Of a stretch of DNA of 48,487 nucleotides, positions 35,862 through 43,644 are shown in pieces. Under the pieces are notes generated by a model. That model was given only the letters and a program-made list of their open reading frames with translations, searched no databases and was not told where the DNA came from. The stretch is from Oscillospiraceae bacterium (GTDB taxonomy: Bacteria > Bacillota > Clostridia > Oscillospirales > Ruminococcaceae). The DNA is taken from contig JAVBVJ010000035.1 of NCBI GenBank assembly GCA_031554355.1, positions 1 through 48,487 of the forward strand, written 5' to 3'. A program made the position numbers and the translations under genes. Numbering within the stretch: the stretch's first letter is position 1; the number at the start of each line of letters is the position of its first letter.

Positions 35862-36533
35862 TTATTTTACACTTTCCGCGATTCTGAAAACGGTTTCCCG
35901 GTCTAAAGACGATACGATAACATAACTGTATTCATCATCGTACCAGAACAGGTACTGTAATCCCGCGCTGGAAAAGTATTGTGCTTCGCAGCCTCGAAAA
36001 GCCATCTGTTCCACTTCAATTCCCTCCGTATTGAAATTCATGGAAAAATCACTGATGCGAAGTTGATAAAACGTAATGATGTCTAAATTGCATCTATACT
36101 CTAAAAATATTTGGTCAACTCTCGATTTGTTGACCAACTGGTATCCCTCGGGGATATATGTCGGCACATGTTCAACAAACAAACCGACCGATTCCTGCTG
36201 CGGATCATCGGACTGAAAGAAATAGTGCGTGAACTTTTCATAAATTTCTTCCACTAAATTGAAAACGGCTGTCCGAACCGCGGACACGCTCATCGGGGCC
36301 GCGAGCGCCAATACAATCGCAACAGCGACCGCAACGGCCCGGCGATGAAGATACGTGAACCGGACCTGTCCCGACATTCCGAACGCTCTTTTTATAAGGA
36401 TCCGCATGCGGCGTTCAAAATCCAGCGAGAAGTGATGCTTTGGCATTTCAAGATGGCTGTAATACAGTATCTCCGCCTCCGCCACTTCTACAACCGCGGC
36501 ACGTATCGCCTCTTCCGATAGGGTTCGTGTCAT
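35862..36533 (-). CDS. Anti-sigma-factor-like membrane protein with a C-terminal DUF4367-like domain
   Basis: 223 aa with one central TM helix (AVAVAVAIVLALAAP). The C-terminal domain ends in SLDRETVFRIAESV, typical of DUF4367. The start overlaps the sigma gene stop. Confidence 0.7.
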   Translation of the reverse strand: MTRTLSEEAIRAAVVEVAEAEILYYSHLEMPKHHFSLDFERRMRILIKRAFGMSGQVRFTYLHRRAVAVAVAIVLALAAPMSVSAVRTAVFNLVEEIYEKFTHYFFQSDDPQQESVGLFVEHVPTYIPEGYQLVNKSRVDQIFLEYRCNLDIITFYQLRISDFSMNFNTEGIEVEQMAFRGCEAQYFSSAGLQYLFWYDDEYSYVIVSSLDRETVFRIAESVK

Positions 36534-37060
36534 AAGGTTACATGCTCTCTTTCAAGCTGCTCCGCCAGCATTCGCCGGCCTCGGTCCAGGCGCTTTTTTA
36601 CGGCATTCTCCTGAATGTTAAGAATTTTGGCAATCTCCTTTACCGTAAATCCCTGATGATACATAAGAACCAAAACGTCTCTGTAAATAGCCGCCATTCC
36701 GTGTATAATCTTTGCCAAATCGTTGTCGGAGGCAAAATCCTCCTTATCAAATAAAACCTCTTCCATATCCTCTATGGGTACAGAAAGCTGCGATTTTTGC
36801 TTTTTGTACTCATCAAAGGCGCAGTTTTTAGTAATGGTCGAAATGAAACTCCTTGTCCGGGCACTGGAGATATCCTCAATTTTATCGAGATTCTTAATGA
36901 CTTTAATAAATGCCTGATGTACCGCGTCTTCAGCCAAGTATGTATCGCGCAGAATTTGGTTTGCAATATAGAACATCAAATCTCTATATTGTAAATATAT
37001 AGACTCAAACTTTTCACGGTCCTGATCATTTTCAATTAGGCTTAAATACAATAGCAACAT
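36530..37060 (-). CDS. ECF-type sigma-70 family RNA polymerase sigma factor
   Basis: 176 aa. Region 2 (AEDAVHQAFIKV) and region 4 HTH (GFTVKEIAKILNIQENAVKKRLDRGR). Low GC. Confidence 0.85.
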   Translation of the reverse strand: MLLLYLSLIENDQDREKFESIYLQYRDLMFYIANQILRDTYLAEDAVHQAFIKVIKNLDKIEDISSARTRSFISTITKNCAFDEYKKQKSQLSVPIEDMEEVLFDKEDFASDNDLAKIIHGMAAIYRDVLVLMYHQGFTVKEIAKILNIQENAVKKRLDRGRRMLAEQLEREHVTL

Positions 37061-37151
37061 AGTAATTCCCCTGTCAGATTCTTTCTACATACTACCCCAT
37101 CAAAAACAACAATCTCTCGGACCTAAGAAGTTGCCTCCGAACCACCATAAT

Positions 37152-37198
37152 TGTACAAGAAAAAAGTCGAAAACTCTATTTTTTCGACTTTTTTCTAC
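37152..37198 (-). terminator. Intrinsic terminator-like element, second copy
   Basis: On the - strand: GTAGAAAAAAGTCGAAAA-loop-TTTTCGACTTTTTTCTTGTACA, upstream of the sigma gene. Confidence 0.6.
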
Positions 37199-37263
37199 TT
37201 TTTTAGACATTCCTCCGGGTTATATAAGCATGGCCAATAGGCAGCAAAACAGTTGCAGCTAAA

Positions 37264-37482
37264 TTGCTGCCGCTTTTGCTGTCATGGAGCTTGCATAAGT
37301 TGGGAGCCATACATATCAAGCTGTCCATCAGCGAGGGTGATTTGGAAGCAATACAAGGTGACTTCGGACGGGCATCGGTTCAAACGGTCGAGCACTATTC
37401 TCATGTGGAAAATGAGCGCGGGAAGAACAAGAACAACATGAAACACAGGCAGGCTCCTATCAACGTTTTTTCAATAGTTTAA
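37264..37482 (+). pseudogene. Tyrosine recombinase (phage-integrase family) C-terminal remnant
   Basis: The translation ...SLHKLGAIHIKLSISEGDLEAIQGDFGRASVQTVEHYSHV... aligns by eye to the integrase box II/C-terminus HxLRHxxAxxLxxxGxDLxxIQxxLGHxSxxTTxxYxHV, including the catalytic Tyr context. The R and H of the conserved motifs are substituted, and no N-terminal ~300 aa is present upstream. Confidence 0.6.
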
Positions 37483-37484
37483 CT
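37409..37484. repeat. Direct repeat DR-R (orphan copy of the RBS and first codons of the membrane-protein gene)
   Basis: Homologous to 34711-34787 (offset 2698 bp). On the - strand it has TAGGAG, 7 nt, then GTG TTT CAT GTT GTT CTT GTT CTT CCC GCG CT, encoding the same first 11 residues as the intact gene (GTG initiator in place of ATG). It then runs antisense into the integrase stump. Confidence 0.85.
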
Positions 37485-37565
37485 TGAGTAGGTGGTCTTG
37501 ATAAGATTATTGAGCAACATATAACGCGATGTCTTTCACTTGAACTTGCGCTTGCCCTTGACCTC

Positions 37566-37691
37566 CCGCGAAAAGGTGGTAGGCAAGGAGGCGTAAATGA
37601 GCGCGTTTGGTCTCGGGCGGGGCACGCCCTCGACACTAGTCCTGCGGGCCGTCGCAAGCGAATAGACGACGCCAGCCGTGCCTTTTCGCGG
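37566..37691. ncRNA. GC-rich structured element closed by an 11-bp stem (candidate leader/riboswitch or sRNA; strand unresolved)
   Basis: CCGCGAAAAGG (37566-37576) is perfectly complementary to CCTTTTCGCGG (37681-37691). The ~104 nt enclosed contain further helices (gggcg/cgccc, gtcg/cgac, gcacg/cgtgc). No CDS is plausible on the - strand. Confidence 0.3.
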
Positions 37692-37740
37692 AACAACGAG
37701 GAGCGACGGAACGGGTGAGCGGCGATATTAACCAAACTAA

Positions 37741-37781
37741 CCAAATAAAATCGTCGCGAACTGAAGTGCAGTCCGCGACGA
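37741..37781 (-). terminator. Intrinsic terminator downstream of tRNA-Arg
   Basis: Stem tcgtcgcg.ac/gt.cgcgacga, followed on the - strand by ttttatttgg. Confidence 0.7.
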
Positions 37782-37782
37782 G

Positions 37783-37859
37783 TGGTGCGCTTGAAGGGAC
37801 TCGAACCCCCGACCTACTGGTTCGTAGCCAGTCACTCTATCCAGCTGAGCTACAAGCGC
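37783..37859 (-). tRNA. tRNA-Arg (anticodon ACG), CCA encoded
   Basis: Hand-folded cloverleaf: acceptor GCGCTTG/CAAGCGC, D arm GCTC/GAGT, anticodon arm ACTGG-CTACGAA-CCAGT, T arm GGGGG-TTCGAGT-CCCTT, discriminator A plus CCA. 77 nt. Confidence 0.95.
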
Positions 37860-37949
37860 ATTTGTGCTGCGGCCGGTTCGTTTTCCGCGACCCGAACGAT
37901 CAGCTAATATATAGTATCACAAGCGGTTTGCGGTGTCAATAAACACTTG

Positions 37950-38762
37950 CTACTTGTCCAGCTCGATCGAGGGGGCGGCATAGAACTGCCAGCCGTATTC
38001 GTCGCAGGCCTGCGCGATGCGCCGGATCAGCCGCCGGTCGGTGGTGTACTCGAGCAGATAGACGTCGATGCCGCGTTCGGTCAGCATGTGCAGGTAGGGA
38101 ATATAGTGAGCGAGGTTCTCGGCCGAGGCCGCGCCGCTTTTCCCGCGCGCGAAATCGTAGGTCGTGTACACACCCTCCTGATTGACGCCCGTGAACAGCG
38201 CCGGGAGATCGTCCTCGTCCGCGAGCACCTTTTGGACGAACAGGTCGCCGCCGTTGAGGATGACCGGCAGCCCGAGCGCGCGGATGCCCGTCAAGATTGT
38301 CAGCAACCCCCGGTAGATCTCCTCGCGCGGGAACTGCGCGTAGACGTCGCAGTTGTCCAGGAAAAAGCCGTCGATCCCGTCCTGCGCCAGTGCCGCGGCG
38401 CGCCCGATCAGGAACTGCTGCCAGTCGGGGTCGGCGACGTCGGCCCAGAACTCCTCGAGCCAGTTTTCGTAGGGAGCGAGCGCGAGATGGGCGTAGGTGT
38501 CGTAGTAGGGGCGGAAATTTTCGAGCGCCCCGATGTTGAGGTAACTGTAGACGACCGCGCCGCCGTCGTGCAGCGCCGGGAGCGCGTCGGCGGGCAGCTG
38601 CTGGCCGTCGACGACGACGAGGTCGCAGCCCGATGCTCTGCGCAGCAGCGCTGCGTCGGAGAAATCCGCGCCGATAAAGACGCCGTAGGTCCGCGGCGTT
38701 TCAGCGCGGCAGGCGGTCAGCAGCATCACGGCGAGCAACAGCAGAACGGCGGCCTTTTTCAT
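37950..38762 (-). CDS. Lipoprotein, glycoside-hydrolase family 114-like (endo-alpha-1,4-polygalactosaminidase-like TIM barrel)
   Basis: Signal peptide with lipobox LLTAC. YLNIGALENFRPYY, DGFFLDNCD and YLLEY segments resemble GH114/PelA-hydrolase-type proteins. Confidence 0.6.
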   Translation of the reverse strand: MKKAAVLLLLAVMLLTACRAETPRTYGVFIGADFSDAALLRRASGCDLVVVDGQQLPADALPALHDGGAVVYSYLNIGALENFRPYYDTYAHLALAPYENWLEEFWADVADPDWQQFLIGRAAALAQDGIDGFFLDNCDVYAQFPREEIYRGLLTILTGIRALGLPVILNGGDLFVQKVLADEDDLPALFTGVNQEGVYTTYDFARGKSGAASAENLAHYIPYLHMLTERGIDVYLLEYTTDRRLIRRIAQACDEYGWQFYAAPSIELDK

Positions 38763-39045
38763 GGCGCGACCTCGTGTAAAAAGATATAATATTATACCAT
38801 AAACCGAAAAAAGGGCAAAAAAATGCCGCCCCTTTGGGGACGACGAAAAGAAATAAGGTTACAGAGGGAATGCACCTCTATCTTACCGAAACAGCGTGGG
38901 GGAATGTGTCGAAGAAAGCGGTGAAAAAACACAAACTATGCGACAAAACTCGCGCGCGGTTCACAAATAGTTCTTTTCTTTTTGTTATCAAAATGTTATA
39001 CTTTATTCAGCAAAAACCCAATTACCGACCAGGGAGGTGCATAGA

Positions 39046-39582
39046 ATGATCGTTAAAACACTGGGTCGCAAAGTGAACCTCAAGCAAAACTTTATCGCAT
39101 TGGTCGAGAAGCGCATGGCGAAATTTGACCGCTTTTTCGACAAGGATGCCGAGTGCAACGTGACGGTGACACTCGACAACAAAGAACGGCAGATCGTGGA
39201 AATCACCGTCAAGAGCAGAGGCTTTATCTACCGCTCCGAGCGCACGGCGCCCGACATGGAGACCGCGTTTTCCGACGCCGCCGACATGATCGGAAAGCAA
39301 ATTGTCAAGAACAAAGAGAAGCTGGGTACCCGCATCAAACGGGCCGAAGCCGCCGATATGGCGGAATTCGGATTCGGTGGGGATGTGGTCGACGAGGAGT
39401 ACCGCATCGTCCGCGAAAAACGCTTTGCCGTCAAGACGATGTCTGTGATGGAGGCGGTTCTTCAGATGAACATGCTGAACCACAACTTCTTTGCCTTTCT
39501 CAACGCCGACACCGATTCCGTCTGTGTGGTCTACCGCCGCAAAGATGACGACTACGGCTTGTTGATTCCGGAAGTTTTATAA
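39046..39582 (+). CDS. hpf: Ribosome hibernation promoting factor, long form
   Basis: ATG at 39046, 8 nt after GGGAGG. An N-terminal RaiA/YfiA domain and the C-terminal dimerisation domain (RIVREKRFAVKTMSVMEAVLQMNMLNHNFFAFLN). The track GTG at 39037 lies inside the RBS. Confidence 0.9.
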   Translation: MIVKTLGRKVNLKQNFIALVEKRMAKFDRFFDKDAECNVTVTLDNKERQIVEITVKSRGFIYRSERTAPDMETAFSDAADMIGKQIVKNKEKLGTRIKRAEAADMAEFGFGGDVVDEEYRIVREKRFAVKTMSVMEAVLQMNMLNHNFFAFLNADTDSVCVVYRRKDDDYGLLIPEVL

Positions 39583-39593
39583 TATATAATTGA

Positions 39594-39628
39594 AGAGGCG
39601 CCGCGGCAAATCGCCGCGGCGTCTTTTT
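39594..39628 (+). terminator. Intrinsic terminator of hpf
   Basis: GC-rich stem gcgccgcgg/ccgcggcg followed by T5. Confidence 0.8.
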
Positions 39629-39639
39629 AAAGGAGTTTT

Positions 39640-40749
39640 ATGGATTACAGAACAGTGGTAACCTGCGGGTTCGGGCTGGAATCGATTTTGACATTCGAGC
39701 TGAAAAAGCTCGGGATGCGGGAGATTGCGGCGGAGGACGGCAGAATCTATTTTACGGCGGACGCGCGGGATCTCGCGCAGGCGAACGTGTGGCTGCGCAC
39801 CGCCGAGCGGGTGTTGATTGTGCTGGCGACCTACCCCGCGCCCGACTTCGACGCGTTGTTCGACGGCGCGTCCGATATTCCGTGGGGCGAGATCGTCGGC
39901 AAAAGTGAGGCGTTCCCAGTCAAGGGATACACCCTCAACAGCGCACTGACCAGCGTGCCGGCGTGCCAGTCGGTTCTGAAAAAAGCCATCGTCGAGCGGC
40001 TCAAGCGGGATCACGGCGCCGATATATTGCCGGAGGACGGCGTCACCAAGCGCATCCAGTTCTCCATCATCAAGGATCAGTGCACGATCATGCTCGACAC
40101 GACGGGCGACGGCCTGCACAAACGCGGATACCGCCCCCTGCGCAACGAGGCGCCGATCAAAGAGACGTTGGCGGCGGGCATCGCGGATCTGGCGCGCGTC
40201 TTTCCGGACAGCCTTGTCGCCGATCCGTTCTGCGGCTCGGGCACGTTGCTGATTGAATCGGCGATGCGGGCGCGCAACATCGCACCGGGCTTAAAACGGA
40301 AATTCGCGGGCGAGGCGTACGACTTTCTCGGCGCGGCGCTGTTTCGGGAGATCAAGGACGAGGCGGCGGCCGCCGTCAAAAGGGACACCGGCTTTTCGGG
40401 GCAGGGGTCGGACATCGACGCGCAGGCGGTTGCGCTCGCCAAAGAGAACGCGAAACGCGCGGGCGTCGGCGGGGACATCGTGTTCTCGGTCGGCGACGCG
40501 ACGCAGTTTACGCCGCGCGCGGGCGACATCGTGCTGGCCAACCCGCCATACGGCGAGCGGCTGATGGAGGAGGACGCGGTCGAGCGGCTGTACAGCGCGT
40601 TCGGCAAGCGCGTGCTCTCGCAGCCGAACAAGGGTCTGTACATCATCACGAATCATCCGGAGTTCGAGAAGCTGATCGGCAAAAAGGCAACGCGCCGCCG
40701 GAAGCTGTACAACGGCATGATTCCGTGCCAGTTGTTTATGTATTTTTAA
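39640..40749 (+). CDS. THUMP-domain class I SAM-dependent RNA methyltransferase (RlmL/YpsC-like)
   Basis: 369 aa. N-terminal THUMP-like region, SAM motif DPFCGSGT and catalytic NPPYGERL. Confidence 0.85.
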   Translation: MDYRTVVTCGFGLESILTFELKKLGMREIAAEDGRIYFTADARDLAQANVWLRTAERVLIVLATYPAPDFDALFDGASDIPWGEIVGKSEAFPVKGYTLNSALTSVPACQSVLKKAIVERLKRDHGADILPEDGVTKRIQFSIIKDQCTIMLDTTGDGLHKRGYRPLRNEAPIKETLAAGIADLARVFPDSLVADPFCGSGTLLIESAMRARNIAPGLKRKFAGEAYDFLGAALFREIKDEAAAAVKRDTGFSGQGSDIDAQAVALAKENAKRAGVGGDIVFSVGDATQFTPRAGDIVLANPPYGERLMEEDAVERLYSAFGKRVLSQPNKGLYIITNHPEFEKLIGKKATRRRKLYNGMIPCQLFMYF

Positions 40750-40765
40750 GAGTTGGGGGCACACC

Positions 40766-41779
40766 ATGAAGGAACACTACACCGCGACACTGTGCGCGGA
40801 CGGCGGCTGCCGCATCACGACCGGGCTGCCCGGCAGCAACCGCATCTACTGGTCGAAGGCCGCCTACGGTTTTACCGACGACAACGAGTTTCCGGCATTT
40901 GAGGGCGAGACGGTCGCCGCCAACCCGCTGGGCAAAAAGCGCTGCTACTACCACCTCTTTTCGGACGCGGGCGGGTACTCGGTCGTCGCGCCGCGCCTGC
41001 TGTTCGACGACGGCAGAACCAACGCGCGCGATCTCGGCGGCTACGACACGGCGGACGGCGCGCATTTTGTGAAATACGGCGTGCTGTACCGCAGCTCGGA
41101 GCTTGCGGCGCTGGACGGGGAACAGCTTGCGGTCATCCAGAAGTTGGGGCTGAATACCATTGTCGATTTCCGGCAGCCCTACGAGATCGCGGCGCGGCCA
41201 GACCCCGGGATTCGCGGCGCGGCGCACCTCAACCTGCTGCCGCTGGCCGCGGACACCGACGCGAAGCACGTCGCGATCACACAGGAGTACATCCGGTCGC
41301 TGCGGGACGACACGGTGCAGGAGGGCTACGACTATCTCGAGAACCTCTACAAGACGATCGCGCTGAACAACGCGGGCTACCGGCAGTTCTTCCGGCTGCT
41401 GCTGGACGAGAATCCTCCGCCGCTGCTGTTTCACTGCGTCGCGGGCAAGGACCGGACCGGCATCGCGGCGGCGCTGATATTGCTGGCGCTCGGCGTGCCG
41501 CGCGAGACGGTCGAGGCGGATTACATGGCGACGTTGTACGCGCGCCGACGCACCGTCGAGAAGTACCGCGCGATCCTGAACGAGACGCTGTCGCCGGAAA
41601 ACGCCGAGCGCGTGTCCACCGGCATCTACGGCGTCCAACAGCAGAGCTTTGCGTACTTTATGGATTCCATCGAGGAGCGGTACCCCGTGTTGCAGGATTA
41701 TTTTTCGGCGGAACTGGGGCTGGACGAAAACGATACAGAGAAATTGCGCGGCCGGTTTTTGCTGCCGCATAAAATGTAG
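40766..41779 (+). CDS. Protein-tyrosine phosphatase-like protein (Y_phosphatase3 type)
   Basis: CX5R active-site loop HCVAGKDRTG. 337 aa. Confidence 0.8.
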   Translation: MKEHYTATLCADGGCRITTGLPGSNRIYWSKAAYGFTDDNEFPAFEGETVAANPLGKKRCYYHLFSDAGGYSVVAPRLLFDDGRTNARDLGGYDTADGAHFVKYGVLYRSSELAALDGEQLAVIQKLGLNTIVDFRQPYEIAARPDPGIRGAAHLNLLPLAADTDAKHVAITQEYIRSLRDDTVQEGYDYLENLYKTIALNNAGYRQFFRLLLDENPPPLLFHCVAGKDRTGIAAALILLALGVPRETVEADYMATLYARRRTVEKYRAILNETLSPENAERVSTGIYGVQQQSFAYFMDSIEERYPVLQDYFSAELGLDENDTEKLRGRFLLPHKM

Positions 41780-41788
41780 GAGAGCGCC

Positions 41789-42691
41789 ATGAAAATTCTA
41801 TGTTTCGGATCGCTGAATCTGGATTACGTCTATCACGTCGACCACTTTGTGCGGGCGGGCGAGACGCTGTCCGCGGACGACCGGAAGGAGTTCTGCGGCG
41901 GCAAGGGGCTGAACCAGTCCATCGCATTGGCTAAGGCGGGCGCGCAGGTATTTCACGCAGGGAAGATCGGGCCGGAGGGCGGCGCGCTGAAGGCGCAGCT
42001 TGAAAAGAGCGGCGTCGACACGACGTATCTGATGGCCGACGACGCGGCACCGACGGGACATGCGATCATTCAGGTCGACCCGGGCGGGCAAAACTGCATC
42101 CTGATCTTCGGCGGCGCGAACCAGCAGATCACGAAAGAGGACATCGACCGGGTGTTGAGCGGCTTTGCGCGGGGCGACATTCTGCTGCTGCAAAACGAGA
42201 TCAGCAATCTGGGATATCTGCTGGAACAGGCGGCTGCACGGGGCCTGTGCGTCGCGCTCAACCCCTCGCCGATCACCAAGGCGCTGGCGGCGGAACCGGC
42301 GCTCACTGCGGTGCAGTGGTTTATCCTCAACGAGATCGAGGGTTTCGCGCTGACGCAGCGCGAGCAGCCCGAGGCCATCGCGGCCGAGCTGCGCCGCCGG
42401 TATCCCGGCTGCCGCGTCGTGCTGACGCTCGGTAAAAAAGGGGTGCTGTATCAGGACGACGCGCAGCAGGCGCGGCACGGCATCTACCGTGTTCCGGTTG
42501 TCGACACCACCGCGGCGGGCGACACCTTTACCGGCTATTTTCTGGCGGCGACGGCGGAGGGCCTCGCGGTGCCGCGGGCGCTGGAACTGGCCAGCATCGC
42601 CTCCTCGATCGCGGTCGGCAGAGCGGGCGCGTCCGACTCGATCCCCGCGCGCACGGAAGTGGATGCCGCGGAGCTGGTTTTGGAGGCGTAA
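41789..42691 (+). CDS. rbsK: Ribokinase (PfkB family)
   Basis: GSLNLDYV, GGKGLNQS and the C-terminal DTTAAGDTFTG motif. 300 aa. Confidence 0.85.
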   Translation: MKILCFGSLNLDYVYHVDHFVRAGETLSADDRKEFCGGKGLNQSIALAKAGAQVFHAGKIGPEGGALKAQLEKSGVDTTYLMADDAAPTGHAIIQVDPGGQNCILIFGGANQQITKEDIDRVLSGFARGDILLLQNEISNLGYLLEQAAARGLCVALNPSPITKALAAEPALTAVQWFILNEIEGFALTQREQPEAIAAELRRRYPGCRVVLTLGKKGVLYQDDAQQARHGIYRVPVVDTTAAGDTFTGYFLAATAEGLAVPRALELASIASSIAVGRAGASDSIPARTEVDAAELVLEA

Positions 42692-42810
42692 TTGCCCGAA
42701 AACCACAAAATGCAACCGCCAGTTGCGGAATTGAAAAGCAGAATGTATAGCGCAACCGCCCCGAAACTCGCTATAATCGGGCTATCACAACGAGATGGAG
42801 GTTCGAAAAC

Positions 42811-43578
42811 ATGACGGTGGACATTGCGAATCGTCTGGTAGAATTGCGAAAGAAATACGGCTACTCGCAGGAGCAATTAGCGGAACTTTTGGGGCTCAGC
42901 AGACAGGCAGTCAGCAAATGGGAGCGCGCAGAGGCCTCCCCCGACACCGACAATTTAATCATGTTGTCGAGACTTTACGGCGTATCTTTAGATGAGCTGT
43001 TAAAGACGGACGGAGAGGATATCAACTACCGGGGAAACGCCGAAAGCGGTGAGCCGAAACCGGATTACGTCGACATCAGCCGCAAAGGGATTCATGTCAA
43101 GAACGACAGGGACGAGGTACACGTCGGCTGGGACGGCATCTATGTCAACAGCAAGGACGGCGACCACGTCGAGGTCGGCCCCAAGGGAAAGGTGGTTGTC
43201 AACGGCGAGGAATACGACCGCGACTCGTGGCGCAAGCCGTTCTGGCGGCGCTTCCCGTTCGCCGTTGTCGGCGTCATCGCGGCGATCCTGCTGTGGTACT
43301 TCACCGGTAACGTCATCTGGATGCTGCTGCCGATCTTCGGCGTGTGGATTCTCTCGTCGCTGGTCGAGGCGATTCTCAAACGCGACCCCCACCGGTTCGC
43401 CTATCCGATCGTGGCGACGGCGGCGTTCATGTTCATCGGTTTTTACTGGGGAGCGTGGCATCCGGGCTGGGTCGTATTCCTAACGATCCCGATCTATTAC
43501 GCGCTGTTCCCGAGCCGCAGAAGATACCGCACCGACATCGACGATGACGACGATGATTGCGACGGACCCGGCTGCTGA
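42811..43578 (+). CDS. XRE-family HTH protein with a C-terminal 3-4 TM membrane domain
   Basis: N-terminal LRKKYGYSQEQLAELLGLSRQAVSKWE HTH, a central DxVHVG-type short repeat region, TM helices and an acidic tail DIDDDDDDCDGPGC. Confidence 0.8.
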   Translation: MTVDIANRLVELRKKYGYSQEQLAELLGLSRQAVSKWERAEASPDTDNLIMLSRLYGVSLDELLKTDGEDINYRGNAESGEPKPDYVDISRKGIHVKNDRDEVHVGWDGIYVNSKDGDHVEVGPKGKVVVNGEEYDRDSWRKPFWRRFPFAVVGVIAAILLWYFTGNVIWMLLPIFGVWILSSLVEAILKRDPHRFAYPIVATAAFMFIGFYWGAWHPGWVVFLTIPIYYALFPSRRRYRTDIDDDDDDCDGPGC

Positions 43579-43597
43579 ACCGCGCCGGACACAAGAT

Positions 43598-43630
43598 AAA
43601 ACAGCAGCCCCGGGGCTGCTGTTTGTTTTT
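43598..43630. terminator. Bidirectional intrinsic terminator
   Basis: Stem acagcagccc/gggctgctgt flanked by A-rich and T-rich runs, between convergent genes. Confidence 0.8.
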
Positions 43631-43644
43631 GGGATACGTCCGGT

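Noticed and set aside
37282-37446. 54-codon - strand ORF beginning with the duplicated VFHVVLVLPAL N-terminus
   Set aside because: Beyond the duplicated 11 codons it runs antisense through the integrase remnant. I interpret it as the displaced 5' stump of the membrane-protein gene, not as a functional gene.
37566-37691. ZTP (pfl) riboswitch identity for the structured element
   Set aside because: Only loose resemblance on the - strand (GGCUGGCG...CCGCCCGAG). The conserved ACCGGGCGGA and CCGCCUGGGC pseudoknot segments are not matched.
37460-37744. 94-aa - strand ORF across the structured GC-rich element
   Set aside because: Arg/Ser/Pro-rich with no RBS. The region is better explained as structured RNA or DNA.
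38763-39045. raiA-motif RNA upstream of hpf
   Set aside because: The motif is known to precede some raiA/hpf genes. Here an extended -10 promoter-like TGtTATACT at 38993-39001 leaves only a ~40-nt leader, and I cannot recognise conserved raiA-motif features by eye. A cmsearch would settle it.
40736-42715. - strand ORFs 40736-41770 and 41798-42715 opposite the phosphatase and ribokinase genes
   Set aside because: Arg-rich shadow ORFs. The + strand genes have CX5R and PfkB motifs and proper RBSs.
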